Shown: one piece after another, positions 5,909 through 14,792 of the stretch | Layout: each line of letters starts with the position of its first letter | Position numbering within the stretch: the first letter of the stretch is position 1 | Source: Salmonella phage beppo | Direction: 5' to 3' (one strand) | Sequence record: MT074455.1 | Length of the DNA stretch: 32,000 nucleotides | The notes under the pieces: generated by a model | Told to the model about the DNA's origin: nothing | What the model saw: the letters and a program-made list of their open reading frames with translations, nothing else | Databases searched by the model: none | Translations under genes and position numbers: made by a program

Positions 5909-7573
5909 ATGAATATTTCCGCAGAAAAACAAGCTCAAATTTTGAAAATGGCCGCAGATTTTAACTTCTACGGTAAGCGTTTACGCGCTACTAAATTGGA
6001 AGTTTGCGACGATATTTCAAAAGCTGTTTATGACACGCCGAAACATTCGACCGCAATTTGTGACTGGCTGGAAGCAAATAAGCCAGCGAAACCGAAAGCG
6101 GCAAAAGCTGAAAAGGCGATTAAAAACGATGATCGTCCAGAAGCGGCGGGAATTGTTTCTAGTACCGTTGAACAATGGGAAGTTAAATCCGGTCGCCGTT
6201 TTATTCTAACGTCGATTCAAAATAATACTTTCCCGCATAAAAACTTTTTGAAAGCGCTTGAACAATTTGCTAGTTATTACGGCGCTGAATTACTTGTTAG
6301 TAAATTCATTTATAACAAAAACGGCTTCCAGAACGGGGAAGGCGGCGAAAAAATCAAATACGATCCCGCATTTAATAAATATATTTGCGAGAAAAACGTA
6401 TTTTTAAATAATCGCCGTTTTGCTTTCATGGCTGAAATTAACGTGTTACCAACGGCAGACTATCCGCTTTCAGGATTCGCAGAAACCGCCACGGCTTTAA
6501 ATATTGAAGGTCTGGCAATTGGTCACGCTAAAATTACCGCTGAAAGTGTGCCAGCGTTAAAAGGTGAAGTAGTGCGCCGTATGTACTCCACCGGAACGGC
6601 TACACTTAAAAACTATATTCAGCAGAAAGCAGGGCAAAAAGCTGAGGCGCTGCATAATTACGGCGCTTTGCTGGTAGAATTTGACGACGACGGCGAATTT
6701 TTTGTTCGCCAGCTTGAAACAATGGATGAAAGCGGGATGTTTTATGATTTGAATGTTTGCGCTGTACCAACCGGATGTTTCAAAACATCTGATCATGTTT
6801 TAGGCTTGCAATATGGCGATATTCACGCCGAAAAATTAGATGATGAATGCGCCGTTGCGTCATGGGTAGGCGAAAATAGCTTGCTTGATATTCTTAAACC
6901 GAAATATCAGTTTATTCATGATGTGCATGATTTTACATCGCGCAATCATCATAATCGCGCCTCTGGTGTATTCCTAGCTAAACAGTATGCCGCCGGACGT
7001 GACAAAGTTATTGACGATCTCATTGATACCGGTCGCGTGTTGGAGTCAATGGAGCGCGATTTTTCTCAAACAATCATCGTGGAATCCAATCATGATTTGG
7101 CGTTATCCCGTTGGCTTGATGATCGCAACGCTAACATTAAAGACGATCCAGCCAACGCCGAACTATATCACAGCCTAAACGCCGCTATTTATGCAGCTAT
7201 TGCAAAACAAGATGATACCTTTAACGTATTGGATTACGCGCTTAGAAACGTTGCAGGTTGCGAATTTAACGCTATTTTTCTGACTACTGACCAATCTTTC
7301 AAGATTGCAGGAATTGAATGCGGTGTACATGGTCACAATGGCATTAACGGTAGTCGGGGCAATCCAAAACAGTTTAAGAAACTTGGACGCCTTAATACTG
7401 GTCACACTCACACGGCGAGCATTTACGGCGGCGTGTATACCGCGGGCGTTGCAGGTTCCCTTGATATGGGTTACAACGTGGGCGCGTCAAGCTGGACGCA
7501 AACGCATTTAATTACCTATGCAAACGGGCAACGTACTTTGATTGACTTCAAAAACGGTAAATTCTTTGCATAA
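5909..7573 (+). CDS. A1: T5 A1-like pre-early protein, 554 aa, metallophosphoesterase-like C-terminal half
   Basis: Length and position match T5 A1. Motifs DVHDFTSRNHHN, ESNHDLALSRWL, GVHGHNGINGSRG and NTGHTHTASIYGG fit a calcineurin-like phosphoesterase fold. Confidence 0.85.
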   Translation: MNISAEKQAQILKMAADFNFYGKRLRATKLEVCDDISKAVYDTPKHSTAICDWLEANKPAKPKAAKAEKAIKNDDRPEAAGIVSSTVEQWEVKSGRRFILTSIQNNTFPHKNFLKALEQFASYYGAELLVSKFIYNKNGFQNGEGGEKIKYDPAFNKYICEKNVFLNNRRFAFMAEINVLPTADYPLSGFAETATALNIEGLAIGHAKITAESVPALKGEVVRRMYSTGTATLKNYIQQKAGQKAEALHNYGALLVEFDDDGEFFVRQLETMDESGMFYDLNVCAVPTGCFKTSDHVLGLQYGDIHAEKLDDECAVASWVGENSLLDILKPKYQFIHDVHDFTSRNHHNRASGVFLAKQYAAGRDKVIDDLIDTGRVLESMERDFSQTIIVESNHDLALSRWLDDRNANIKDDPANAELYHSLNAAIYAAIAKQDDTFNVLDYALRNVAGCEFNAIFLTTDQSFKIAGIECGVHGHNGINGSRGNPKQFKKLGRLNTGHTHTASIYGGVYTAGVAGSLDMGYNVGASSWTQTHLITYANGQRTLIDFKNGKFFA

Positions 7574-7585
7574 TTAAATTTAATC

Positions 7586-7605
7586 GGCGGTTGAAATATA
7601 CCGCC
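7586..7605. repeat. Intergenic hairpin GGCGGT-TGAAATAT-ACCGCC
   Basis: 6-bp stem extended by imperfect TAAT/ATTA pairing. Confidence 0.65.
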
Positions 7606-7625
7606 ATTAATAGAAGGTTTATTAA

Positions 7626-7883
7626 ATGAATATTGTATTACCTAAAACGCTGGATAAAAAGCAGTATATAACGCCGGATGATATGGAGTGCGGCAAGGTA
7701 TACCAATTCGATTATATGTTGGCTAGTCCGACAAATACAGGTTGTATTATTGCATTTGATACCCGCGATAATGACGTATTAACGTTTAATGATTATTCTG
7801 ACTTTATGGAATGGTTAGATGATCAAAGTATCACTAATAATGGCGAATTAACGCCCTATCAATTAACGCTCACAATTAAATAA
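7626..7883 (+). CDS. Hypothetical pre-early protein, 85 aa
   Basis: ORF in the operon between A1- and dmp-like genes. Confidence 0.7.
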   Translation: MNIVLPKTLDKKQYITPDDMECGKVYQFDYMLASPTNTGCIIAFDTRDNDVLTFNDYSDFMEWLDDQSITNNGELTPYQLTLTIK

Positions 7884-7921
7884 TTTAATCCCGTAAATAT
7901 AAATAATCAGGAGTTATAAAC

Positions 7922-8314
7922 ATGAAACAACAAAATATTCCTTTTGACGCTGCAAAATCTTCCATCGTTCTAGTTTATTCTAATGGTGAACGTTATCACG
8001 TCGAGGCGGGGCAAGTTAATTTTGATTTGCTGAATTATAACGACGCTTTGCAGGTTACTACCTTTGCTTATGATACCGGCAAAGTGGCAAGCCATACGAA
8101 AGCAAAAGGCGTTTACGCTGATACTTTGACAGTGCAAACAATCATTATTGATGCGCTTAAATCCGGTCTAGCGTTTGCGGTTGTTAAGCCGTGTCCGGTC
8201 TGCAATCCCGAAGCTAGCGCAATGGTTTATACTTGCGCGGGGATTCGTTCTAGCGTACATGGTGAAGATCTTAGCTTTATTGGTGACGCGCTAGCGTATG
8301 GCCTCACTAACTAA
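7922..8314 (+). CDS. Hypothetical pre-early protein, 130 aa, containing CPVC
   Basis: ORF with a CAGGAG RBS and colinear placement. Confidence 0.75.
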   Translation: MKQQNIPFDAAKSSIVLVYSNGERYHVEAGQVNFDLLNYNDALQVTTFAYDTGKVASHTKAKGVYADTLTVQTIIIDALKSGLAFAVVKPCPVCNPEASAMVYTCAGIRSSVHGEDLSFIGDALAYGLTN

Positions 8315-8328
8315 TAGTTAATTGAACA

Positions 8329-8360
8329 TTGCCAGCTAATCTAATATAATTAGCTGGCAA
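8329..8360. repeat. Intergenic hairpin TTGCCAGCTAAT-CTAATATA-ATTAGCTGGCAA
   Basis: 12-bp perfect stem, 8-nt loop. Confidence 0.9.
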
Positions 8361-8401
8361 GATTGAATTAACCTAAATCCCTTAAATGGAGAATGTAACA
8401 G

Positions 8402-9136
8402 ATGAATAAAGTCAATATGAATATTACCCGCGCTTTCCCGCATATTTCCCGCGTTATGATTTGGGATTTAGACGGAACGATTATAAATTCTTTCCATCGT
8501 GTAGCGCCTTGCTTTGATGATAACGGGAATTTAAATTTAAATAAGTATTCCCGCGAAGCCTGTAAACATGATTTAATAATGCAGGATTCTTTATTGCCAT
8601 TGGTTGAATATATGCGCCAATGTATGCGTGATGCAAATACATTAAATATTATTTGTACCGCGCGCCTAATGTCTAAAAGCGATTATTTTTATTTACGCAA
8701 ACAAGGCCTGCGAGGGCGCGGAAATAGTAATATTCGCGTATTTTCCCGCGATACATTACATAAATACTTTGAAGCGGATAAGGTTAGCGAAATATATCAC
8801 AGCAAAGACGCTGTTTATAAATCTTATTACTTTGAACTGTTTAAACATCTATATCCAAACGCTGATTTTACGATGATTGATGATCATAAAGGTGTATTAT
8901 CGGCGGCGGCAAGTGCTGGATTTAAAACGCTGGACGCTCAAGCCGTTAATGATATCCTATCAATCGGGGTAACATTGATCGGTGAAACCTTTATTGATGA
9001 ATCGCTTGATGATGATAACGATTATCAATTCCTAGCCGAACGTTTAAAAATGTGTTGGGAAGGTATGACCGAGGAAGAACGCGCGGAATATAGTACCACA
9101 CCGCAACAATTCATTGATAAATTAAAAGTTGCCTAA
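8402..9136 (+). CDS. dmp: Deoxynucleoside-5'-monophosphatase, T5 Dmp-like, HAD superfamily
   Basis: 244 aa; HAD motif DLDGTI, later DDHKG; position next to the expected T5 terminal-repeat edge. Confidence 0.85.
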   Translation: MNKVNMNITRAFPHISRVMIWDLDGTIINSFHRVAPCFDDNGNLNLNKYSREACKHDLIMQDSLLPLVEYMRQCMRDANTLNIICTARLMSKSDYFYLRKQGLRGRGNSNIRVFSRDTLHKYFEADKVSEIYHSKDAVYKSYYFELFKHLYPNADFTMIDDHKGVLSAAASAGFKTLDAQAVNDILSIGVTLIGETFIDESLDDDNDYQFLAERLKMCWEGMTEEERAEYSTTPQQFIDKLKVA

Positions 9137-9149
9137 CAATTAAAAATAA

Positions 9150-9188
9150 AATAGTCACACTATGTTATCATCACATAGTGTGACTATT
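9150..9188. terminator. Strong hairpin AATAGTCACACTATGT-TATCATC-ACATAGTGTGACTATT, likely terminator between convergent operons
   Basis: 16-bp perfect stem. Minus-strand side is followed by TTTATTTTTAATTG. Confidence 0.85.
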
Positions 9189-9299
9189 AGCTTGCTAAGT
9201 ACCGGGGCGGTAATGAGACTCATTCTCATCTAGGGAACCTCTGGGCACACCTTCATGTGTAATCTTATGAGATTTCGAGAATTGGTAATTAGCGCTAAC

Positions 9300-9545
9300 T
9301 TAGGAGGAACACCGGTCTACCGGCTTGTCTCCTGATTCTGACATACGAAATCTCCTCCGCGATGCCCGAGATCCATCCGACCACTCTCGCTCAAACTCCT
9401 CCCGTTTCTCCGCAAACCTCCGCTCCCTTTCCGAAAGCTCCCGCGATACTCCCGCAATATATTCACGATGCTTATTAATCGCCCCGAGTGTTCCGAAGAT
9501 TCCCGCAAGCACCCCGATAATAAAGATAGCTACAAAGCTAAACAT
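9300..9545 (-). CDS. Small protein with N-terminal TM helix and charged tail, 81 aa
   Basis: ORF overlaps its neighbour; TM plus coiled-coil/charged region. Confidence 0.55.
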   Translation of the reverse strand: MFSFVAIFIIGVLAGIFGTLGAINKHREYIAGVSRELSERERRFAEKREEFEREWSDGSRASRRRFRMSESGDKPVDRCSS

Positions 9546-9732
9546 CTAATTCCCTCTCAAGTTGGTGAATACGTGCCCGATCATTACGTTGGGAGTCCAG
9601 TAACTTATCCATATTAATATTCAGTTGGGTGACTTTATCCTCTAGCCTCTGTATACGGTTGCGATGTGAAGTCATATATCCAACAATCCATACAAGCCAT
9701 ACTACAAGTGTAATAAATCCTAACCAATCCAT
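9538..9732 (-). CDS. Small TM protein with coiled coil, 64 aa
   Basis: ORF; start coupled by TAATG to the upstream ORF stop. Confidence 0.65.
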   Translation of the reverse strand: MDWLGFITLVVWLVWIVGYMTSHRNRIQRLEDKVTQLNINMDKLLDSQRNDRARIHQLERELDV

Positions 9733-9836
9733 TATTTGTCTCCCCGCAGCTTACGTTCTATACGGGCTAAGTGGTTATCTAGAATGCACTGCCCGATAAT
9801 TACCACAACTAGTAAAGCAATAATCACTACTTCCAT
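9732..9836 (-). CDS. Tiny TM protein, 34 aa (MEVVIIALLVVVIIGQCILDNHLARIERKLRGDK)
   Basis: Not in the ORF track. TAATG junctions with both neighbours. Confidence 0.55.
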   Translation of the reverse strand: MEVVIIALLVVVIIGQCILDNHLARIERKLRGDK

Positions 9837-10021
9837 TATAACCACCCCGCCATAGCTGCTAACCAAAAGAGTACAAAGATAAAGAATAACACAGTCCCGA
9901 ATCCGAAACTATTTATCCAACTTTCGTACACTTCCCCGCGTCTGTTCTTTCTTCTGTTGTCGTCTGACATCTCTTTGCTTCTCCTGTAGTCCTGGTATTT
10001 GGAATATCCTAGCAATTGCAC
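9836..10021 (-). CDS. Small C-terminally TM-anchored protein, up to 61 aa (alternative Met start gives MSDDNRRKNRR...)
   Basis: ORF with a hydrophobic C-terminus, coupled to the downstream ORF. Confidence 0.55.
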   Translation of the reverse strand: MQLLGYSKYQDYRRSKEMSDDNRRKNRRGEVYESWINSFGFGTVLFFIFVLFWLAAMAGWL

Positions 10022-10299
10022 GAACCATTATGACCGTCCCGATAAGATCCATTACTTCATCGAAGCCGGATTCTTCTAGTAAGAAGGATGTTCCCATCAC
10101 GTCTTCTATTGTATCTTCTATGACGTCTTGAATGATTTCATCAATTGCATCATGTATTGCTTTTTAGTCCTGGGATCTATTTCAAAGTTAACAGGTTCCT
10201 GAAAGGACTTTTCTTCATCTTGCATTGTGTTTGCTACCTGTACCTCATCCCAGAAATAAAAATTTTTGTTTACTTCGAGATCTTTTTACTTTATACTAA

Positions 10300-10566
10300 T
10301 TACAAGTGACCAGATTGTTCTAGTTTAAATTTGCAATCGCCATATTTGAGATCAAACTGTGACAAATCCCACCACCCAAACTTAGTGCGTAACTGAGTTT
10401 TAGGGAATCGGTAGCCCACAGTACGTGCTTCTCGAATATCTAAAGCATAGTGTTCTTCACCAACATGACCATAAGACTTCACATATGCCTTACAGAACGG
10501 CTCGGGAGCTGGTACACAGCTAGTCAACACTACTGCTGCAACTACGATAGCTAGTAACTTTTTCAT
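10300..10566 (-). CDS. Predicted outer-membrane lipoprotein, 88 aa, candidate Llp-like receptor-blocking protein
   Basis: Signal peptide with LTSC lipobox; AGGAAC RBS; adjacent to the receptor-binding protein gene as in the T5 llp-oad locus. Confidence 0.7.
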   Translation of the reverse strand: MKKLLAIVVAAVVLTSCVPAPEPFCKAYVKSYGHVGEEHYALDIREARTVGYRFPKTQLRTKFGWWDLSQFDLKYGDCKFKLEQSGHL

Positions 10567-10649
10567 AATCGTTCCTCTGTTTAATTTATAAATATATTAT
10601 AGCAAAATAGAGGGATCTAAGCAAATACATTTTTAAAGAAGGAGATTGT

Positions 10650-12431
10650 ATGAGTTTTTTCGCAGGAAAATTTAGTGATGGTAAAACTGTATTATCTCTA
10701 AACGCTGCTAATGGTGGTGATACTGGTGAGCACTACTCTCCAAATACTAATAGTATCTTCCACTCAGATATGCCTTTCGTCCTGGTTGATGGGACTTATG
10801 AAGCAGCCCTAGGTAATGCAGGTAATGGATACTTTGTTACTCAGATGCCTTGGGATATTATAAATATTAAATCCAATGATCCGGGTAGAGTTATATTAAC
10901 TGCTATTGAGATAAACGGTACTCATCGTGGATTTCTGAATGGTACTCAATCTCAGGTTGGCCAGTTCTTATCATTCTTTGAAGACCCACCACGTGCTGGT
11001 GCTGAATTATCTGTAACATCTGCTTTTGCGATCGGTGATAGTTTAGCTCATGGTACTTATATCTATAATGGTGGTCTTGGTCATGAGGAATCTATTGCTA
11101 GGCAAGGTTCTGGAGGCAGTTTACTACAGTCCTCTGGTTTCCAGATCTTTAGACCTGGTGGTGTTCCTGCTGGTGAAGCCATTGCCAGAGCCTGGAGTCT
11201 TATGGGTTTTCCAACTGGTGTCTCTACTGTTCCTTTAGATGGTGGTAACGCTGATTATTGGGATCCTAACTGGCAGGCGCCTATTGGTTCTGCTGGTAGA
11301 GGCCATGATTGGTTTTATGTTTGTAGTTCTAATATTCGTGGCTTCGCAGGTAAAAAAGGCGTACTACCAGATAACGTAAACATTAACTACCAATCCCCCT
11401 CCTTTCCTACTAAAGTATACGTTTGCAGGGGTTCTACAACTAATATGGCTGCGCAAGCCACTAGAAAGGTATATGTACAGGATTGGTACAACGTTACGCC
11501 AACTAAGGTTATTTGGTATGTACTAAATCTGCGCTATTCTAATGGTAGTATGGGAGTTTCTGGTAATCCATTTACCGGTTCAGATATCTTAATATCTCCA
11601 TCTAACTTTACTATTAAAGGTGTTAGCCTACCAAATACAGGCTATAAATTTATTAACCAGAATGCTTTCGGAAACTTAGGCTATCGCCCTGATATGGAGT
11701 ATGTTGGTAATAACGCTGCGTATACCGGAGTTTTTGGTGATAATACTGCACGATGTGAATTTATCGGCTCTAGTAATGGCGGATTGTGGTCTCCTGTTAA
11801 CTATGGGGGTGCAGCTTCTCAAATTAGCTTATATAAATTTGGTGTAGGTAAACAATGGTATGTAGATACTAATACCAACTCCATTGGTAATGAACATGGA
11901 CCTGTCTGGAGTCCTAGTACTGTACCCCTCAGGTTATTCCCAGGCAACGTTGCAAGTACTTATGTAGGGGATGATATAACTCCATCCTATCCTGGTGCTG
12001 GTGACTTCTACACACCTTTGGCCACAGTTTGGTTGGGATTACCAAATGCTCACTCTACTGTTATATTAACTACTGAAGTTATTATGGGTAATCTTAATAC
12101 TGCTGGAATGCCTGTGCGTACTTATGGTGGTAGTGCTTGGCAGGTACAAGGTAGACGTCAACAAAGTTATACAGCTGGTGATGGTGTATTCCATCAGATT
12201 CTTACTCTGCCACCTGGCTATCTAGTACCGTATCACAGTACAACTTCCTATAGTTATACACAAACTTGGGCTAGTAGGCCAGATGAGTTTGCTTTCCGTA
12301 GGAACGGATATATTTATACTATTAAAAACCTTGGTAATGGCAACGTTGAGTTGGGTGTTATCATTCACGCTGCAGAAGCGGCAGCTGTTTTCTTGCCAAG
12401 ACTACGTGTAACAGTTCAACGCCTAACCTAA
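10650..12431 (+). CDS. oad: Receptor-binding tail protein, T5 pb5/Oad-like
   Basis: 593 aa; MSFFAGK N-terminus, ITWYV-like, FxIKGV..KFIN, PLRL and C-terminal QRLT resemble T5 pb5. Confidence 0.85.
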   Translation: MSFFAGKFSDGKTVLSLNAANGGDTGEHYSPNTNSIFHSDMPFVLVDGTYEAALGNAGNGYFVTQMPWDIINIKSNDPGRVILTAIEINGTHRGFLNGTQSQVGQFLSFFEDPPRAGAELSVTSAFAIGDSLAHGTYIYNGGLGHEESIARQGSGGSLLQSSGFQIFRPGGVPAGEAIARAWSLMGFPTGVSTVPLDGGNADYWDPNWQAPIGSAGRGHDWFYVCSSNIRGFAGKKGVLPDNVNINYQSPSFPTKVYVCRGSTTNMAAQATRKVYVQDWYNVTPTKVIWYVLNLRYSNGSMGVSGNPFTGSDILISPSNFTIKGVSLPNTGYKFINQNAFGNLGYRPDMEYVGNNAAYTGVFGDNTARCEFIGSSNGGLWSPVNYGGAASQISLYKFGVGKQWYVDTNTNSIGNEHGPVWSPSTVPLRLFPGNVASTYVGDDITPSYPGAGDFYTPLATVWLGLPNAHSTVILTTEVIMGNLNTAGMPVRTYGGSAWQVQGRRQQSYTAGDGVFHQILTLPPGYLVPYHSTTSYSYTQTWASRPDEFAFRRNGYIYTIKNLGNGNVELGVIIHAAEAAAVFLPRLRVTVQRLT

Positions 12432-12441
12432 AGGAGGATAT

Positions 12442-12924
12442 ATGGCAAATGATGTATTAGTTCCCGATCTCATGTCTCCTGAGGGCATGGATGTTATTGA
12501 AGCCTATTTACAGTGCGGTAGTGATGTTCCTGTCGCCGCTCGTAGTCTTGGAATGTCCGAGATTGCATTTCGTGATATAATGAATCGTGGGGAAGTTAAA
12601 AACTATCTCAACGATATCTTTATGGAAAGTGGCTTCCGTAATCGTGACCGCTTATTCGGAGTTCTTGATGAAGTTATCAAGCGTAAGCTAGAAGAACTTG
12701 AAGAAACTGGCATGGGTTCTGACCAGGATATCATGGATATTCTCTGGAAGGCTCACAAGATGAAGATGGAAGAAATGAAAATGATGGTAGAACTGGAGAA
12801 AGTGAAGGCAGCAGCCCGTACTCCGGCTAACCAGACTAATATTCAGAATAATATTATTGCTGGAAGTGGTGACGAAAACTATATGAATCTTATTACCGCT
12901 CTAGCAGGAGGAGGTAAGAGATAA
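12442..12924 (+). CDS. Terminase small subunit
   Basis: 160 aa directly upstream of the large terminase; helix-turn-helix-like N-terminus. Confidence 0.8.
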   Translation: MANDVLVPDLMSPEGMDVIEAYLQCGSDVPVAARSLGMSEIAFRDIMNRGEVKNYLNDIFMESGFRNRDRLFGVLDEVIKRKLEELEETGMGSDQDIMDILWKAHKMKMEEMKMMVELEKVKAAARTPANQTNIQNNIIAGSGDENYMNLITALAGGGKR

Positions 12925-14240
12925 TGAAAGTCTCTAGAGACTATATTAACACCACAGATGTTATTGACTTTGGTATTGACAAACGATTCTTTCGTCTACC
13001 AGTCTCTAGCATCCTAGCACAAGAGGGAATTACACCTAATGCCCCTCAAATTGCAATTATTAATGCATTGGAAGACCCAAGACACCGTTTCGTGACTGCA
13101 TGTGTATCACGTCGTGTAGGTAAGTCATTCATCGCATATACACTTGGGTTCCTAAAACTTCTGGAACCCAATGTGAAGGTGCTGGTAGTTGCGCCTAACT
13201 ACTCACTGGCTAACATTGGTTGGTCACAGATTCGTGGTCTTATTAAGAAGTATGGATTACAGACTGAACGTGAGAACGCCAAAGATAAAGAGATTGAATT
13301 AGCGAATGGTTCACTCTTTAAACTGGCTTCCGCGGCGCAGGCTGACTCCGCGGTTGGTCGTTCATATGACTTCATCATTTTTGACGAAGCAGCGATTTCC
13401 GACGTTGGTGGTGCAGCTTTCGATATTCAGTTACGTCCTACTCTAGATAAGCCGAACTCTAAGGCTCTATTTATCTCTACACCTCGTGGTGGTAACTGGT
13501 TCAAAGAGTTCTATGAGAAAGGATTTAACGAAACGCTACCTAACTGGGTATCTATTCACGGTACATATCGTGATAACCCACGTGCTGACCTGAACGATAT
13601 CGAGGAAGCGCGTCGTACTGTTAGTAAAAACTACTTCCGCCAAGAATATGAGGCTGACTTCTCCGTATTTGAAGGTCAGATCTTTGACACCTTCAATGCT
13701 ATTGAGCATGTTAAAGACCTCAAAGGTATGCGTCACTTCTTTAAAGATGATGAGGCTTTCGAAACATTACTTGGTATCGACGTTGGTTATCGTGACCCTA
13801 CAGCAGTTCTTACTATCAAGTATCACTATGATACTGATGTTTATTACGTACTAGAAGAGTATCAGCAGGCTGAAAAGACTACAGCTCAACACGCTGCTTA
13901 CATACAGCACTGTATAGATCGTTATAACGTTGATCGTATATTTGTAGACTCCGCTGCTGCTCAGTTCCGTCAGGACTTGGCATATGAACATGAAATCGCT
14001 TCTGCTCCTGCTAAGAAATCTGTCCTAGATGGTCTGGCATGCCTACAAGCACTGTTCCAGCAAGGTAAGATCATCGTAGATGCTTCATGTACCTCATTGA
14101 TCCACGCCCTAGCGAACTACAAGTGGGACTTCCAGGAGGGCGAAGAGAAATTATCACGTGAAAAACCACGTCATGATGCGAATTCTCACCTTTGTGACGC
14201 ACTGCGTTATGGAATTTACTCAATTTCCCGTGGGAAATAA
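12924..14240 (+). CDS. Terminase large subunit
   Basis: Walker A-like SRRVGKSF, Walker B YDFIIFDEAA, nuclease motif LLGIDVGYRDPTA. Confidence 0.95.
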   Translation: MKVSRDYINTTDVIDFGIDKRFFRLPVSSILAQEGITPNAPQIAIINALEDPRHRFVTACVSRRVGKSFIAYTLGFLKLLEPNVKVLVVAPNYSLANIGWSQIRGLIKKYGLQTERENAKDKEIELANGSLFKLASAAQADSAVGRSYDFIIFDEAAISDVGGAAFDIQLRPTLDKPNSKALFISTPRGGNWFKEFYEKGFNETLPNWVSIHGTYRDNPRADLNDIEEARRTVSKNYFRQEYEADFSVFEGQIFDTFNAIEHVKDLKGMRHFFKDDEAFETLLGIDVGYRDPTAVLTIKYHYDTDVYYVLEEYQQAEKTTAQHAAYIQHCIDRYNVDRIFVDSAAAQFRQDLAYEHEIASAPAKKSVLDGLACLQALFQQGKIIVDASCTSLIHALANYKWDFQEGEEKLSREKPRHDANSHLCDALRYGIYSISRGK

Positions 14241-14251
14241 ATAAGTATAGG

Positions 14252-14279
14252 ATGGGATACTACTCAGTTGGTATCCCAT
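14252..14279. repeat. Hairpin ATGGGATAC-N10-GTATCCCAT after the terminase gene, possible weak terminator
   Basis: 9-bp perfect stem; poor U-tract. Confidence 0.6.
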
Positions 14280-14354
14280 TCCTGCATTTTAAAATCCCCT
14301 TTACAAATTCGACATGATTATGTATACTATATTCATACAGTTGAGGAGAATACT

Positions 14355-14792
14355 GTGGCAGGAAATGTAAAATATAAACGTGATGCTATATCACTCATGC
14401 GAGACGGTATAAAAAGTCAATATAAAAAAGCCGATCGCTGCAAAATCTGTGGTTGTGGTGAAGAATTAGAGCTTCATCATTACCATACAGTGTCTCTACT
14501 AGTTAAAAAATTTGCTAAAGAACTCCAATTGGATTTCACTGACGAAGAAACAGTCCTCTCAAATAGGACGGCATTCTATGAAAGATATAGGCATGAGCTA
14601 GTAGATGACACTGTTACCCTTTGTGTCCACCATCACCAACTATTACATAAGGTGTACACTAAGGAACCTCCCCTTTTTTCTGCCAATAAGCAGAAGGCAT
14701 GGGTTCTTAAACAAAAGGAAAAGCTACAGAATCCTCAAGAAAAGACACAAGTCAAGACTGAAACTAAATCAGGATTCGCAAGGTTCTTATAA
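14355..14792 (+). CDS. HNH endonuclease, 145 aa (start revised from 14268 to a GTG preceded by GAGGAG)
   Basis: CKICG...LELHHYH...CVHHHQLLH zinc/HNH pattern between terminase and portal. Confidence 0.8.
   Translation: MAGNVKYKRDAISLMRDGIKSQYKKADRCKICGCGEELELHHYHTVSLLVKKFAKELQLDFTDEETVLSNRTAFYERYRHELVDDTVTLCVHHHQLLHKVYTKEPPLFSANKQKAWVLKQKEKLQNPQEKTQVKTETKSGFARFL

Noticed and set aside
6557-7411. ORFs within A1 on other frames (6557..6796 -, 6987..7178 +, 7175..7411 -, 7305..7511 +)
   Set aside because: Fully contained in the strong A1-like CDS; shadow ORFs.
10118-10225. 35-aa minus ORF MQDEEKSFQEPVNFEIDPRTKKQYMMQLMKSFKTS and neighbouring 9909..10100 ORF
   Set aside because: No convincing SD for the 35-aa ORF. 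The 9909..10100 frame starts at GTG and overlaps the better-supported 9836..10021 ORF. Left unannotated.
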